Shown piece after piece: positions 29,162-40,649 of a stretch of 64,000 bases of DNA. Source of the stretch: Adineta vaga (Eukaryota; Animalia; Rotifera); contig CP075496.1 of NCBI GenBank assembly GCA_021613535.1, forward strand, positions 15,160,635 to 15,224,634. The letters are read 5' to 3'. Each line of letters starts with the position of its first letter. The stretch's first letter is position 1. Under the pieces are notes generated by a model. The model had not been told where the DNA came from. It searched no databases and saw nothing but the letters and a program-made list of their open reading frames with translations. The position numbers were made by a program, and so were the translations under genes.

Positions 29162-30386
29162 ATGACGAGCATGTTTCAAGCCATTTCTCTGTGCCTTTCC
29201 ATCATCTTGATTCTAGTGAAGATATCCCACGGTGAGTATTCGTTTCCCTCTCTCTGAACAAGGCATGTATGTATGCGTACTTTTATTGACAGGACAAAAT
29301 TGTGCAAGGGTTGGTTGCGGTCCTGGCTTCTGTTGTTCCAAATGGGGCTTGTGAGTTTTCATTCTCTCGTATAATGTGCAGTTCATATTCTAATTACATT
29401 TCTTACCGTCAGCTGTGGGAACTCGGAGCTTCACTGCAGAGAACGGATTGACGATCCAGTGGTTGGCACGATCGGTATTCCTTGTAATCCACCATGTCGA
29501 CCGGGCCATTGCTGCTCCAAATGGGGCTTGTAAGGATATTTCTCATTGCAGATTCACGGTTACAACACCTCTCTGATCTTCCATTCTAGTTGTGGCGACT
29601 CGCCTCTTTATTGCGCTCCCGGTTCGACGACAACACGAGCGACAACGACCACAACTAGAACCATGACAAGTGCGACCACCATGACTACGACAACAACGAA
29701 CTCAGAAAACGCCTACATCTAGTAATGGTTCGGAGACGAATAACAAGATCACTCGAGAACAGTTCGACTGTATCTTTGGGAAACTAAGTGAAGATGTTAG
29801 AGACAAACGCTGGCAAGGTACTCGTTCGAAGCTGATGAAGCAAACAAATATTTTCTTCTTCGGATGTGTTCTAGGTTATCAAGAGGCACTATCGATGGTG
29901 TCATTCAAACCCCAAAATCAGAACGAACTGATCATGTTTTTTGCACATGTCTCATATGAGACGAATGGCTTACAGACGTATGAAGAATATTGTGGAAAGT
30001 CAAAGGAATGCGCTAGCAGTTATGAAATTTCCTGGTGTGGGTCGGTCACCGCAGAGCCGGGCAAGCACTATTACGGTCGCGGCTGGTTGAAATTATCATT
30101 TCCATGCAACTACAATGCAGCTGGCCAAGCTCTTGGTATTGATCTCTTGAAGAACCCAGAGAAGGTTGCCGATTCAGATGTAGTGGCCGCTGCAATTGGC
30201 ATGTGGTTCTGGAATGCTAACAACATAGATCAACCAGCACGGCAAGAAAACTTTGGCGCCACGACTCAAATCATCAACAGTCTCGAATGTGGACCAACGC
30301 CACAACAGACCAACAGAATCAGTCAATATCAAGAAGTGCGGCTCTGCTTCGGTCTCGAGAGAGACACCACGAATCTACGCTGTTGA
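29162..30386 (+). CDS. Secreted GH19 chitinase with two hevein-like (CBM18) domains and Thr linker; frameshift at ~29700
   Basis: Exons 29162-29231 (signal peptide), 29293-29350, 29413-29529, 29590-29817 and 29875-30386. CCSKWGFCG occurs twice. GH19 motifs FFAHVSYET and YYGRGWLKLSFPCNY. In-frame TAG at 29720 unless one base is removed. Confidence 0.85.
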
Positions 30387-32259
30387 GCAAAGATCGATTC
30401 CTCTTGCCTTATGTTGATGGCCTCTTTTTGACTCAAAAGGAAAAACTGATATGATACACCATATTCTGCGTATCGATAGACCGTTTCATTTTTATTTGAA
30501 AAGATATAGTGCCAAAAACTGTATAAACAATTTCCTATAGGATAGAAAATTGTCACCGAAACCATTCATTTATTATACACAATATGTGGTTTATCAGGTA
30601 GATTATGTATTTTTGCTATTAAAGAAACAACTAACACGGCAAAAGACACTAGCTCCCATGGATTTTATAACGCTTTTACCGACGTAGCTTTGGAAAATTT
30701 TATAAAATATTACATAGCAATGTTTTCACTGATTCTCACCTATAATTCAAGCTATGTACAATAATTTGAGAAAGTCTCAAAGAACTTCCGAGACAACCTT
30801 CATACCCAAAACTTCCAGCTCAGCTAACTTCGATGCCCTTTCCGCTTTTTTATCAAAACAAACATCAGCTTTCTTCTCTTATCACAAACGTTTCCATCGC
30901 TGTATTTACCCTTCTCTTTTCGCCGTTCGTTGAATTAAACCCTCAGTAACTTTTTTAGATAAAGAATATCGGCAGTAATACCAGCAAGAACGAGCCTTTT
31001 CCTATGCGTCATTTTGTAGCTCATTGATTGATGCTTCATCGGTTTCCAAATGAAAAAAAGCCAGGGGATTCGTATTCAAGAGGGAACGAGCAGTTGAAAT
31101 TCTTTGAACTTTCAGTAAATCTTCAATGTCTTCAGACGTGAATTCTTGAACGAATGTATAAAAGGTATCACTTTTAAAAACTAAAAACGTCAGGAGGTAC
31201 AATCGAAAGATAAATTGCTTGAGAAGAGTAAAGATATCGTTTGTCGACTGGCAAGGACATAGCGTCAATGGTAATAACACGAGAGACAGAACTTGTGTAC
31301 TTATACAGAAAAGAACACGAAAAAAGGAATGAATGAAACTTAAGAAACACGTGGCTCGTGTATGCGACAGTGGTAAATATGTATTTCTTGTACTCTATTC
31401 AGATCATCTGAATGGATTTTCGATTATCATGGGAAATGCATTTGTTAATCAGAAAAAATAATAATAATTGTTGTAATCACAGGAAAGAGCTCATACTGTT
31501 TTCACTTCTTTCTACGTTACTTTGGATGATATCCAGTCACTACGATTGGACTTCAGGCGAAACTCCCAGCTCTTTCATTTTGATAGATATTATAGCTGAG
31601 CGTTTCTGACCAACCTTTAGTGGTTGCTAACTTTTTCCACATCCAAAATTATTTTGGAGTTAGCCGTTATCCCCTTTTAGAAAAGTATTCACCGTAACAT
31701 CCAGAATGAAAAAGAATTCTTTGGACAACTTTGGCATTTGCGATTACAGCAGTTGGATTCGATGAGTTTTCTATGATGAAAAGCACTTTCACTGACTCGT
31801 CCATACAATCACTATCAAGAAAACGCTTAAAAAAAACAGAGAAAAAAGAATGTATTTCGATTATACTTGCTTGAATCAAAATTGACACTAAATCCACTTA
31901 TAATTGCATTGGTAACCTGAGACATCCTTCACGATTGTCTTTGATATGATTGTTAACGAAATAGAAACATTTCGCTTCATTCGATCCGAGCACAACAATC
32001 ATCAAGTAAGCTTTTAACAAATGTTTGAAATATTTTTCTCGGCGACAAGAACCAATCGAATCAAATCTCTCTCTCATAAAAATCCAAAAATCATGATATT
32101 TATTCCATCAAGTTTTATCAAATATAATAGTATTGTGGGTGGAGAGAAGGATTGTAAAGGCATTGCATATTGTCTGATGTGGTATAAATACTTGATTACG
32201 AGCCTGATATCAATTCAATTCTCTCGCCATTCCATCAGTTCCATTCAAAGAGACGGGAT

Positions 32260-33240
32260 ATGTCTTTGAAAACATGTATTGGTCTCCTTTTCATGCTCAG
32301 TTTTATCTCATCGATTTCTGCTCATGCTCGAATTCGGCGTCCTATACCTTTAGCTGCTGTCCCTGAAAATCCATCTGGGAACGAATACAATAAGCCCTTG
32401 AGAAGAATACAAGGGAACGAGTTTCCTTTTCCCTGCAAGAATCTGCACAAACAACCGGGAGTAAATAAAGCACCAACCGAAGTTTGGCAAGCAGGTCGCA
32501 TGGGAAGATTTGAGTAAGTAGTATTCTGACAAGATTTACGAATCTAATGATGAACTAATCTCTTGTCTGGTTTAGAATTCTCAATCATATGTCCGATGGT
32601 GAAGGCAATTTGGCTCCCCATAGTGGAGGAAGTTGCCAGGCTTCCTTGTCGTTTGATAATGGAGAAACCTGGAAAGTTCTGCATACTTATCAGGGCGGTT
32701 GTCCTCGTGATGTAAAATTTCGTTCGGAAAGAGCTGGTCCCAATCAGGTATTCTTCTTTCATGTACCTGCAGAGACCCGAGCAGGTCAAGCGCTATTTTC
32801 TTGGTGAGTCTGCCATACACGTTCCTTAGGCATTCTAGGCTAACTCTGACTATGGTGACAATTTTCTAGGAGTTGGTTTCCAGTCACTCCAAGTCGTAGT
32901 GAAATGTTTCAAAGTGGGTAGCTCATATAGATTTCATCTATTCTCGTAAAAAATCATAACCTCTCTTTTATTTTCAGATTGTGCGTCGGTGATGATTGCG
33001 GGTTCGGGCAACGATACACTAGATCATCTTCCCGATATGTTTGTCGGTGATCTTACTATCGCAGGGCATATAGATCAAGGTGAATGTCGTACTACATTAG
33101 GGTATGCAGTGGTCTTTCCAGATCCTGGTACCGCTTTGACCATCACTGAAGTTCCTGGTGTCATATTCAAAGAGCCCACCGCTGGTAAATGTTATGCGAA
33201 GGGATCCAAAAACAAAGCTGCTACTGTCGGTCAAATGTGA
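32260..33240 (+). CDS. Fungal-type AA11 lytic polysaccharide monooxygenase (4 exons, intact)
   Basis: Exons 32260-32513, 32576-32803, 32870-32913 and 32978-33240 splice in frame. Signal peptide then His1 (ISA|HARIRRP), FPCK, PHSGGSCQASLSFD, HTYQGGCP, WSWF...RSEMFQNCASV, LPDMFV. Confidence 0.85.
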
Positions 33241-33414
33241 AGCCTCGATCTTTCACAGATGATAAAACAGAACCTTCATCCGATTGACAAGTTGTTTTGC
33301 TTGTACCCTCCACAAATTGAGATCTGAAAAAAAAATACCTGACGACATTCAGATTTATTGTGAATCTTTGTGTGAATTGAATGGGAGTTTAGTGACATCG
33401 TGGGTAGAATACAG

Positions 33415-33442
33415 TGAGGGTGTGGGTGTGGGTGAGGGTGAG
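33415..33442. repeat. Telomeric tract site 5 (G-arm only), adjacent to a hammerhead
   Basis: TGAGGGTGTGGGTGTGGGTGAGGGTGAG. Confidence 0.85.
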
Positions 33443-33452
33443 TCAGAGCATC

Positions 33453-33496
33453 CCAAGACGCGTTTCGACTGTTGCTTAGGCAGTCTCATCAGTTGG
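33453..33496 (-). ncRNA. Minimal type I hammerhead ribozyme
   Basis: Minus strand: CCAA-CTGATGA-GACTG-CCTAAGCAA-CAGTC-GAAA-CGCGTC-TTGG. Perfect core, stems I and II, palindromic ACGCGT stem III. Confidence 0.9.
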
Positions 33497-33686
33497 TATA
33501 AATCAAATAACTTGAAAAACAGATTGACTTATTTTTAATCAAAGAAAAACAAGTTCAATCTGCTGGATTTCAACTTTTGCTTTTCAGCAATCGATATTTG
33601 TCGAATTATATAATAATAATAAATTTAATAACTTGAAAAATATTGTTAATGTGTTTATATTAATAAAAAATGTAGAATTTCACTTT

Positions 33687-33740
33687 GCCGACGCGTTTCG
33701 TGTTCGTTTATTTAGGAAATAAATTAACACTCTTCAGGGC
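33687..33740 (-). ncRNA. Minimal type I hammerhead ribozyme (second copy)
   Basis: Minus strand: GCC-CTGAAGA-GTGTT...TTTATTT..AAATAAA...AACAC-GAAA-CGCGTC-GGC. Confidence 0.85.
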
Positions 33741-34026
33741 TCTACATATTTTAAACACAGAAAGAAACTAGAGAAAAATATAGACAATAACAACGAAAAA
33801 TAAATGAAAGAAAGAAAGTAACTAAGCTTGAATAATAGAATAAATGCAAATATAATAAGTGCATGCGAATAAGAAAAAACAGAAGTAGAAAGGAATGAAA
33901 TTTGATAATATATGAATGATATTTAAAAATAAAGAAAAACATAGCATGATTGTGATAGATAATTAGTTGAATGTTATTGTTCAAGTATTATGAGTTTTAA
34001 CTAGACGTCGTTGAAGATTGTTAACA

Positions 34027-34094
34027 TGGGTGTGGGTGTGGGTGTGGGCTTCATTCCTCACCCACAGCCACGGTCACACCCACACCCGCAAGAT
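34027..34094. repeat. Telomeric-repeat hairpin site 6
   Basis: TGGGTGTGGGTGTGGGTGTGGG ... CACACCCACACCCGCAAGAT; coding-like sequence (RYNACP) starts right after it. Confidence 0.9.
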
Positions 34095-36247
34095 GCGTTA
34101 CAATGCTTGTCCAATATTTTTCTATGGTCCTCTTTTGGAAGCTTCTAAAGCAGCTTTTGATTCAAAAGATCTCAAAGAGGTTTATTTACATTCAATTTAT
34201 ATGAATATATTATTTTTTCTTACTTCACTATAGCATCGTCCAATCCTTGTCTACATACACAATGATAAGAGTATGTTGAATAACATATTTTGTAAAACGA
34301 CGCTTTGTGCAGAACTTATTATTGAGTATTTACAAGAAAACTACCTCGTTTGGCCATGGGATATAACTCTGCAATCAAATAGAAATCGATTGTTAACGAT
34401 TTGGAAAGAAATCTTTGTTTTTCCATTGTTAAGTGACTTTTCTGTAGATAAGTATCCTATGTTGTTTGGGATAACTCGTCGATTTCCAGTTAAGAAGTGT
34501 TGGTTACCTACAGTTCAATATGAGTTCACATCATTAGTTAAAGGTGATAAATTAATACGTACCCAAGAGACAATAACATTAAATGCTTTCTTGTCCGAAT
34601 TGATCGCATTCAAAGAAGAATGTGATTAAATCGAAAAAGCTTTGGTAAGTCTTTTCCTTAGCCTATCCGCAAAAAGTCCTGTTTTTCTCTGTAAAGATTC
34701 ACAATAGAGAAGAAGTAAATAGTGATCTTCAAATGGAGTCTTTTTTCCAATGTTTGGAAAAACGTTATCAAAATTGCCCGACATTCTTTACTGATTCACT
34801 TCAATATGGTTGTCAACTAACGCATAATTTGTCATTGAATAAAAAAGTTTGTTAAATACATATTCTATTACATCAAGATAAATTCTAACTCTCTTTCATT
34901 CTAGCGTCGTCCAGTGCTCATATTTGTACATGATGATAACAGTATACAAAATATAAATATCAATCCAATAGGTATTATTGATTATTTATTAGAAGATTTT
35001 AATGTCTGTCCATTCGACATCACTTCACAATCAGATCAACAAATGTAATAAAATGTTAGTTGATATGATAAATACCTTTCCTTGATTTATGTTATAGATT
35101 AAGGGTTATGTGGAATGAACTGTTCAATGCGCCTTTTCTTACAAAAGTTACCATTAGAAATTGTCCATTACTTTTTGGAGTAATGAGAATGTTTGATGAG
35201 ACAAATATTGATTCGAGCAAATCTAAATACCAAATCAAATTATTATTGGATAACGCTGTACGTACTCATAACACACTTATAGAACAGCTTCTTATTTTCA
35301 AACAAGAATGCAGTGCCAATGAAAAGGCTTTGGTGTGGATATTTATTCTTTATTAAAATATGATGGTTATGTTAAACATTTATTCGTCTGTTTTCCTTTA
35401 GGCTTGTGATTTTCTGAAGAATACTGGTTTTGATTGGCCGATTATTCTTGAAATCAGTCAATATTTAACATTAAATGATATGATCAACACGTTTTCGACG
35501 AAAATTATATCTGTATTATCAGAATTTCAGATCAAAGTTCATGTATCAGATCCATCTTATGCATTTATGAATATGATTAATCAAAAACTCCACCCTCGAC
35601 AAATTGCTTCTGTACAATTTAATACAGATTATCTCGAAAGAAGAAAAGATATACATTCTTGGCCGATTTTTCGCTGTGTTCAAAACTTAACATTTATTAA
35701 TCCTTCCGGTTCTCTTGACCTTGACAACTTTCCATATTATTTTCCCAGTTCGACAAATCTTTTGTTTCGATTCGATACAGAAGTCCAGTCTAATTCCTTC
35801 GATAATATACTGCATCGATTTCCAAGTACAATTACACGATTAACAATCACTACTACTGTACCTGTAGAGTTTTGTCGTTCTCAAACAACTCCAAATACTA
35901 CGATTGAATATTTTCGATTGGATATTAGTCGCCTTGTGTCATGTCCAATGGATCCGAGTATGAATTCGTATATTTCAGAACTGTTATTGGCATCAGTAGA
36001 ATTCATCTCTAAATTGCCTAATGTTCATTCGGTTTATTTCATAGTTAACAAACTTATTATTGAGAGATTGTTAGATATAAAACGCTGGGTATATGTAGTA
36101 GAGAAATGTTCTCAATTGAAGAAGGTGACAATGAAGGTTTCAGGAGATATGTCGCCGAACAATCCATTAACACAGACGAAATTACAAATACAAGAAGCTC
36201 TCTCAACTAGTCGACAAGAATTTCAATTTCAAGTTATATTTTCGTAA
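34095..36247 (+). pseudogene. 5'-truncated gene with duplicated UAS (FAF1-like thioredoxin-fold) modules and an F-box/LRR-like C-terminus
   Basis: RY..CP.F..GPL.EA...AF / RPILVYIHND....NIFC...LC....IEYL.ENYLVWPWDIT module appears twice, with short introns. Premature TAA at 34627. Confidence 0.6.
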
Positions 36248-36665
36248 AGAATTCTTTATTTAATTGAGAAACTTATACGTCTATCTGTGCTTGTAATCTA
36301 CACTGGAGTTATAAAAATATCATTAAAGTGACAAATAAAAATTATGCTATGTTTTAAAAGTTATTTTACATCGTGTGGGCATACTATAAGACATAGTCTT
36401 AAAAGAAAGTTCGATAAAGTTTGTTTCGTTTGTTTATATTTAGTAGCGCATCTATAAAGTCGGTCACTGCGAGACTATTCAAGGAAAAGTTCTCATTAGG
36501 TATTTCATTTTTAATATATTGTGGTCGAAGTTATAGATGATTAAACTCTGACAGTAAGTGGCATGTAAAGAATATTGTAGAAAGGTGACGAAGTTAGTGG
36601 AATTCATTGGATAATTAAAAAATGTTTTTGAATTATACTTTTAATCTAAAATATAAGTTTAGATT

Positions 36666-36727
36666 TTGAAGGGTGTGGGTGTGGTGTGAGTCAGGCTATA
36701 TTCTCAGCCCATACCCACCCTCAAGAT
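36666..36727. repeat. Telomeric-repeat hairpin site 7
   Basis: TTGAAGGGTGTGGGTGTGG ... CCCATACCCACCCTCAAGAT. Confidence 0.9.
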
Positions 36728-36861
36728 TATTGATGTTTTTTGACAAATTTATCCAGAAGATGTTTTATTATTTCAGAACGTCGAATCGAGTGCAAACGCA
36801 TAAGAAATGATTTGATCTCTAATCCGCTGCCAACGAATTCTGACATGGTGAACACAGTAAA

Positions 36862-36910
36862 TGAGGGTGGGTGTGGGTGTGATTATTCCCATGTTTCTCA
36901 CCCACACCCT
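36862..36910. repeat. Telomeric-repeat hairpin site 8
   Basis: TGAGGGTGGGTGTGGGTGTGA ... CTCACCCACACCCT. Confidence 0.9.
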
Positions 36911-37539
36911 TTTTATTTCACAGCGAGTAAGTGATTTGAATCAATAGAGAATCAGTTTCTCAGATATCAATTCTTTGCAATACAATCGTGACAAAATAAG
37001 AACCGAAATGGCTTACTTATTTCAGTGTCGTTTTCATCAAACGTTGGCCTATTGCTGTGGGATGAAAAAGCAGCTGACATTTACGTTATTTAATGTTTTG
37101 ATAAACGAAATGTGCGCATATATATTTTTACCATTTCTTCTAATACATAGAAATAGACATGTGAAATTTTTCTTGTGAAACTTCGTCAATCCATATGTAT
37201 ATAAGGAGCAGCAATCTATATCATATAATCAGGTTGTTTTCGAACTAGTGATTAGAAACAGTCCTTTTGCGAACGAATAGGTAAGAAATTAAATGCATTA
37301 CAAAGTTGATTCTATTGACGATCAAAAGTGCGTTAACTCGCTTAAGAATACGAATGAGATGATGATTAAAGTTTAGATACGGAAAATTAATAAGATAAAT
37401 TATTCTTGGAAGTATACATATGTCGATTAGAAATTAGAAACAAAAGCTTTGCATTCAATAGAATTTAAGAAAAAAGACTTAGTAATGTTTCTGTCCTACT
37501 CTATCTATCTAAATTTCTTTCATAATTCATAGTCACAAG

Positions 37540-37764
37540 ATGAGCAAAATAAAATTAATGATTTATTTGGTTTTGATCATGGCATTTTTGATGGCATCCT
37601 GCAATGCAGGCAGCGTTCTGGAAGAGTTGGTACGATATACACGAGGAAATTGCAAAGTTGCTTATGCTACTTGTTGTCTTATTCATAATAATAACGAAGC
37701 TAAGTGTTGTGGTGATCTTCCATGTTGTCCTTGGGCTAATTGTGCTAGTTATACGGGACGTTAA
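37540..37764 (+). CDS. Small secreted Cys-rich peptide precursor (toxin/antimicrobial-like)
   Basis: Signal peptide, short propeptide, C-CC-CC-CC-C mature region, C-terminal GR. TATATAA at ~37198, probable UTR introns (37281-37532, 37788-37859), AATAAA at ~37872. Confidence 0.75.
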   Translation: MSKIKLMIYLVLIMAFLMASCNAGSVLEELVRYTRGNCKVAYATCCLIHNNNEAKCCGDLPCCPWANCASYTGR

Positions 37765-37970
37765 TGTTGACCGTTGCAATACACCAGGTATGTGATGCTA
37801 ATATAATATTTCAATCATATTTTATTATACTAAACTAATTCTTTATATTTTCATTGTAGACAACATCATATAAATAAACATTTAAACTGGAAAAAACATC
37901 TATTCTTATCAATATCAAGTATTATTATAATCATTGCACACTATCGATCAGTTTCTTTTCTCTTTTATTA

Positions 37971-38052
37971 TTGAGGGTGTGGGTGTGAGTAACAGAGACA
38001 CCCACACTCACTCACCCACACCCACACCCACAACCACCCACACCCTACAAGA
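37971..38052. repeat. Telomeric-repeat hairpin site 9
   Basis: TTGAGGGTGTGGGTGTGAG ... (CACCCA)n CACCCTACAAGA. Confidence 0.9.
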
Positions 38053-38353
38053 GATATAAAGAAATTAGTAAAACAATATCGCTATTGGTTAACAACCGGC
38101 GTCTTTATTAAAAATGAAATTTCTCAAACATTTTTTGTATTCATTAACAAAATTCGATCTTCAATCAATATTTTTAATTGTTCTATTCTAAAACATTATT
38201 TTCCATTACTAATTCTTTAAATTGTAATAAATATTTCACGAACTGAAGAGAATGTAGCATTTATTTTTTGCTACATAATTGAATTTTTCATATGTGTATT
38301 GGCAATATCAGATCCTTTTATGAAAGATGATCTAAAAGAAAGCGTTGAAGTGT

Positions 38354-38417
38354 TTGAGGATGAGAGTGTGAGTATTGGAGACGAATAGATGGCCACACCC
38401 ACCCACACCCTCAAGAT
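38354..38417. repeat. Telomeric-repeat hairpin site 10
   Basis: TTGAGGATGAGAGTGTGAG ... CCACACCCACCCACACCCTCAAGAT. Confidence 0.85.
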
Positions 38418-38739
38418 GGTTGCCGTTCTTGAACCGATGGAACCAATATTGTGCTGTACGAGCGGGCACTGCATCCTTGCCCATCGTGCTGCATATTTTG
38501 TTCGTTGCTTCCGTTGCTTTACGACCCAAATGGAATTAGTGAAGCAGAAGCACTCTTAGCTCTCGTCGAGATATATTTATTTCTACTTCGAGATCGACGT
38601 CCATATTCTTGATTTTGTTATCATTCGGAAGACACTCATACTCCCTTTATATACTTTTAATATGGAACTTTCTAGAACTTTCTCGACTGTTGTAGGAAAT
38701 TCCGAAAAAAAACGCAAAAAATTTCTTACCAACCTAATA
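38418..38739 (-). mobile_element. mariner 5' fragment (TIR plus HTH), truncated by hairpin site 10
   Basis: TIR TATTAGGTTGGTAAGAAA; HTH F.LGRKATEATNKIC.TMG....RTAQYWFHRFKNGN. Confidence 0.8.
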
Positions 38740-39169
38740 TTTCTCGAGAGAAAGGATCACGTAGAGTTCATCTTTACTATTAGCTATTTGTTGATTTAGT
38801 ATGAGAATTATTCTTGAGTTGGTTGCGTACGAAAAAGCATGCATAGAAAAATCTTCCTATTCGCTGGCTCGACTTTGCCGCACTTCTAATCCTCTCCTGC
38901 TGTACACGGGATATTTAAGATTTGTTGAAATACTAGAGTTTTAATACGGGTACTCTAAAGAAAACCAAACTAAATAATTCTAGTTTTTGTGAAAAGAGAC
39001 AAGATTGTCTTTTCGCTGCACTCCTATAACATTCGTAATCATTGGAACTGAATAATACATCAGAGACTTTAAAACTATAAGCATCCATAACATATCTCGG
39101 CTATTTATTCACTTGAAAAGAAAAGAAAAGAGAAAGAAGAATTGAAGGTGCACAAAAATTGAGCATAAA

Positions 39170-39382
39170 TCACGAATCCCATATATTGTTTGTTTCGTTC
39201 TCGGCTAGATCGCCCATCACTCCTAGAATTTTGTTACCACCGGCCAGGGCTCCACCAATAATGCCCAGTAACGCTCCTACCCCCGCCCCAACTGGACCAC
39301 CCATACCGAAGCCCAACGCCATTCCAGCCAAGGCTCCAGTGTGAGCTCCGTCCATTCTGTCCACGGGCTCTTTGTCACCCAT
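39170..39382 (-). CDS. 70-aa glycine-zipper peptide
   Basis: GALAGMALGFGMGGPVGAGVGALLGIIGGALAGG (GxxxG repeats). GC-rich against background, with TATTTAAA ~100 nt upstream and AATAAA downstream. Confidence 0.65.
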   Translation of the reverse strand: MGDKEPVDRMDGAHTGALAGMALGFGMGGPVGAGVGALLGIIGGALAGGNKILGVMGDLAENETNNIWDS

Positions 39383-39950
39383 TCTCGTGATGCCTGCTTT
39401 TGATAGATGTTGTAGTAGTCAACGGTAACTAGAGGTTGTTTGGTTTGTTTTAAGGATGAATGCAAAAGATCAGCCTTTAAATAGGACGAGGCCGAGGAAT
39501 TAAAAAAGAAACAAGTGTTGCGTTGCCTTCTACTGATAATAGTAAGCACCTTCTTTTTTGATGACAACGCAAGTTGGCAAGTATGGACTTCTTGTTGAAA
39601 AAATCCGAGAGAAACTTATCTTTACTGTGTTTCCAAGATGATGCGAGATGACCTTCTAAAGATGATTTTTTCACTTCTATTTTCACCGGAAAAAATTGGA
39701 AGGAAAAAGGAAAAAAAACCATGAGAAAGATTTTAATTCTAATCTTTAAAGGAGATATTTTTTGTATCATTGTTGTGCAGCACACATAAGAACGATAAAG
39801 TTATCTCCAACAACTGGAAAAAAAGAAAAAAGTGAGTGATATATCCTTAAACAACTGAAACGGCCACAAGACCGTTTTTCCCGCCCTGTATCCTGTCGCC
39901 TCTCATCCAGCCCTGTCCTGTGACCTGTCTCAAAAAAAACTTTCTCGCCC

Positions 39951-40017
39951 ATCTTGAGGGTGTGGGTGTGAAGAGTATGTCTTTCCATTACCAACATCCA
40001 CATCCACCCCATCTCAA
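39951..40017. repeat. Telomeric-repeat hairpin site 11
   Basis: ATCTTGAGGGTGTGGGTGTGAAG ... CATCCACATCCACCCCATCTCAA. Confidence 0.85.
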
Positions 40018-40220
40018 TCGCAGAGTTCAATTTTGTTTGATATCTCTTTTCTATACCAAAATTTGTCAATTGAGTTTAATATTAAATACGAAGAAACTTT
40101 ATTGATTAATCATTTTCTATGTTGCTTTTCATATCTGAATATATTTGTATATGAAGATCTATACCATTTTTTGAATAAATGAATCACATTGAGATGAGAA
40201 GATTCATCTTTTATTGAACA

Positions 40221-40266
40221 AAGGTGTGGGATAAGTGTTCGTGCCTTTCTCTCACCCATACCCTTT
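40221..40266. repeat. Telomeric-repeat hairpin site 12 (short)
   Basis: AAGGTGTGGGAT ... CTCACCCATACCCTTT. Confidence 0.65.
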
Positions 40267-40649
40267 CGAAAAGCAATAGTCGTGAAGACTGTTGGTAAGA
40301 TATCCATCTCATATCCTTCACCTTTCAGAACATTTTTCATTTCGAATTTTATCTATATCTCATGACTCATAATTGACACTCATGTTTCGAACGTACTTTT
40401 ATCTTTGTCATTCATTGGATTTTTCTCAGCAAATATCTTACGACATCCTACGTATATGTTGTACAACACATTTTAATAAGAGTATATTATCGTGACATAC
40501 CTGTGTAATCAAAAAGTTAAGAAATATTAACTTGACAAAAGAGATTCTATCATTGCTAGTTGCTGGTAAAAAACAATGATGATGATGAATGTATATTGAA
40601 AATATAATTTATAAAATAATATATTATAGACTAATCATTCTTATCTCTA

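Noticed and set aside
30850-31280. Minus-strand coding-like remnant (FYTFVQEF...LLKVQRISTARSLL)
   Set aside because: Probably a decayed TE-associated ORF, but too fragmentary to assign.
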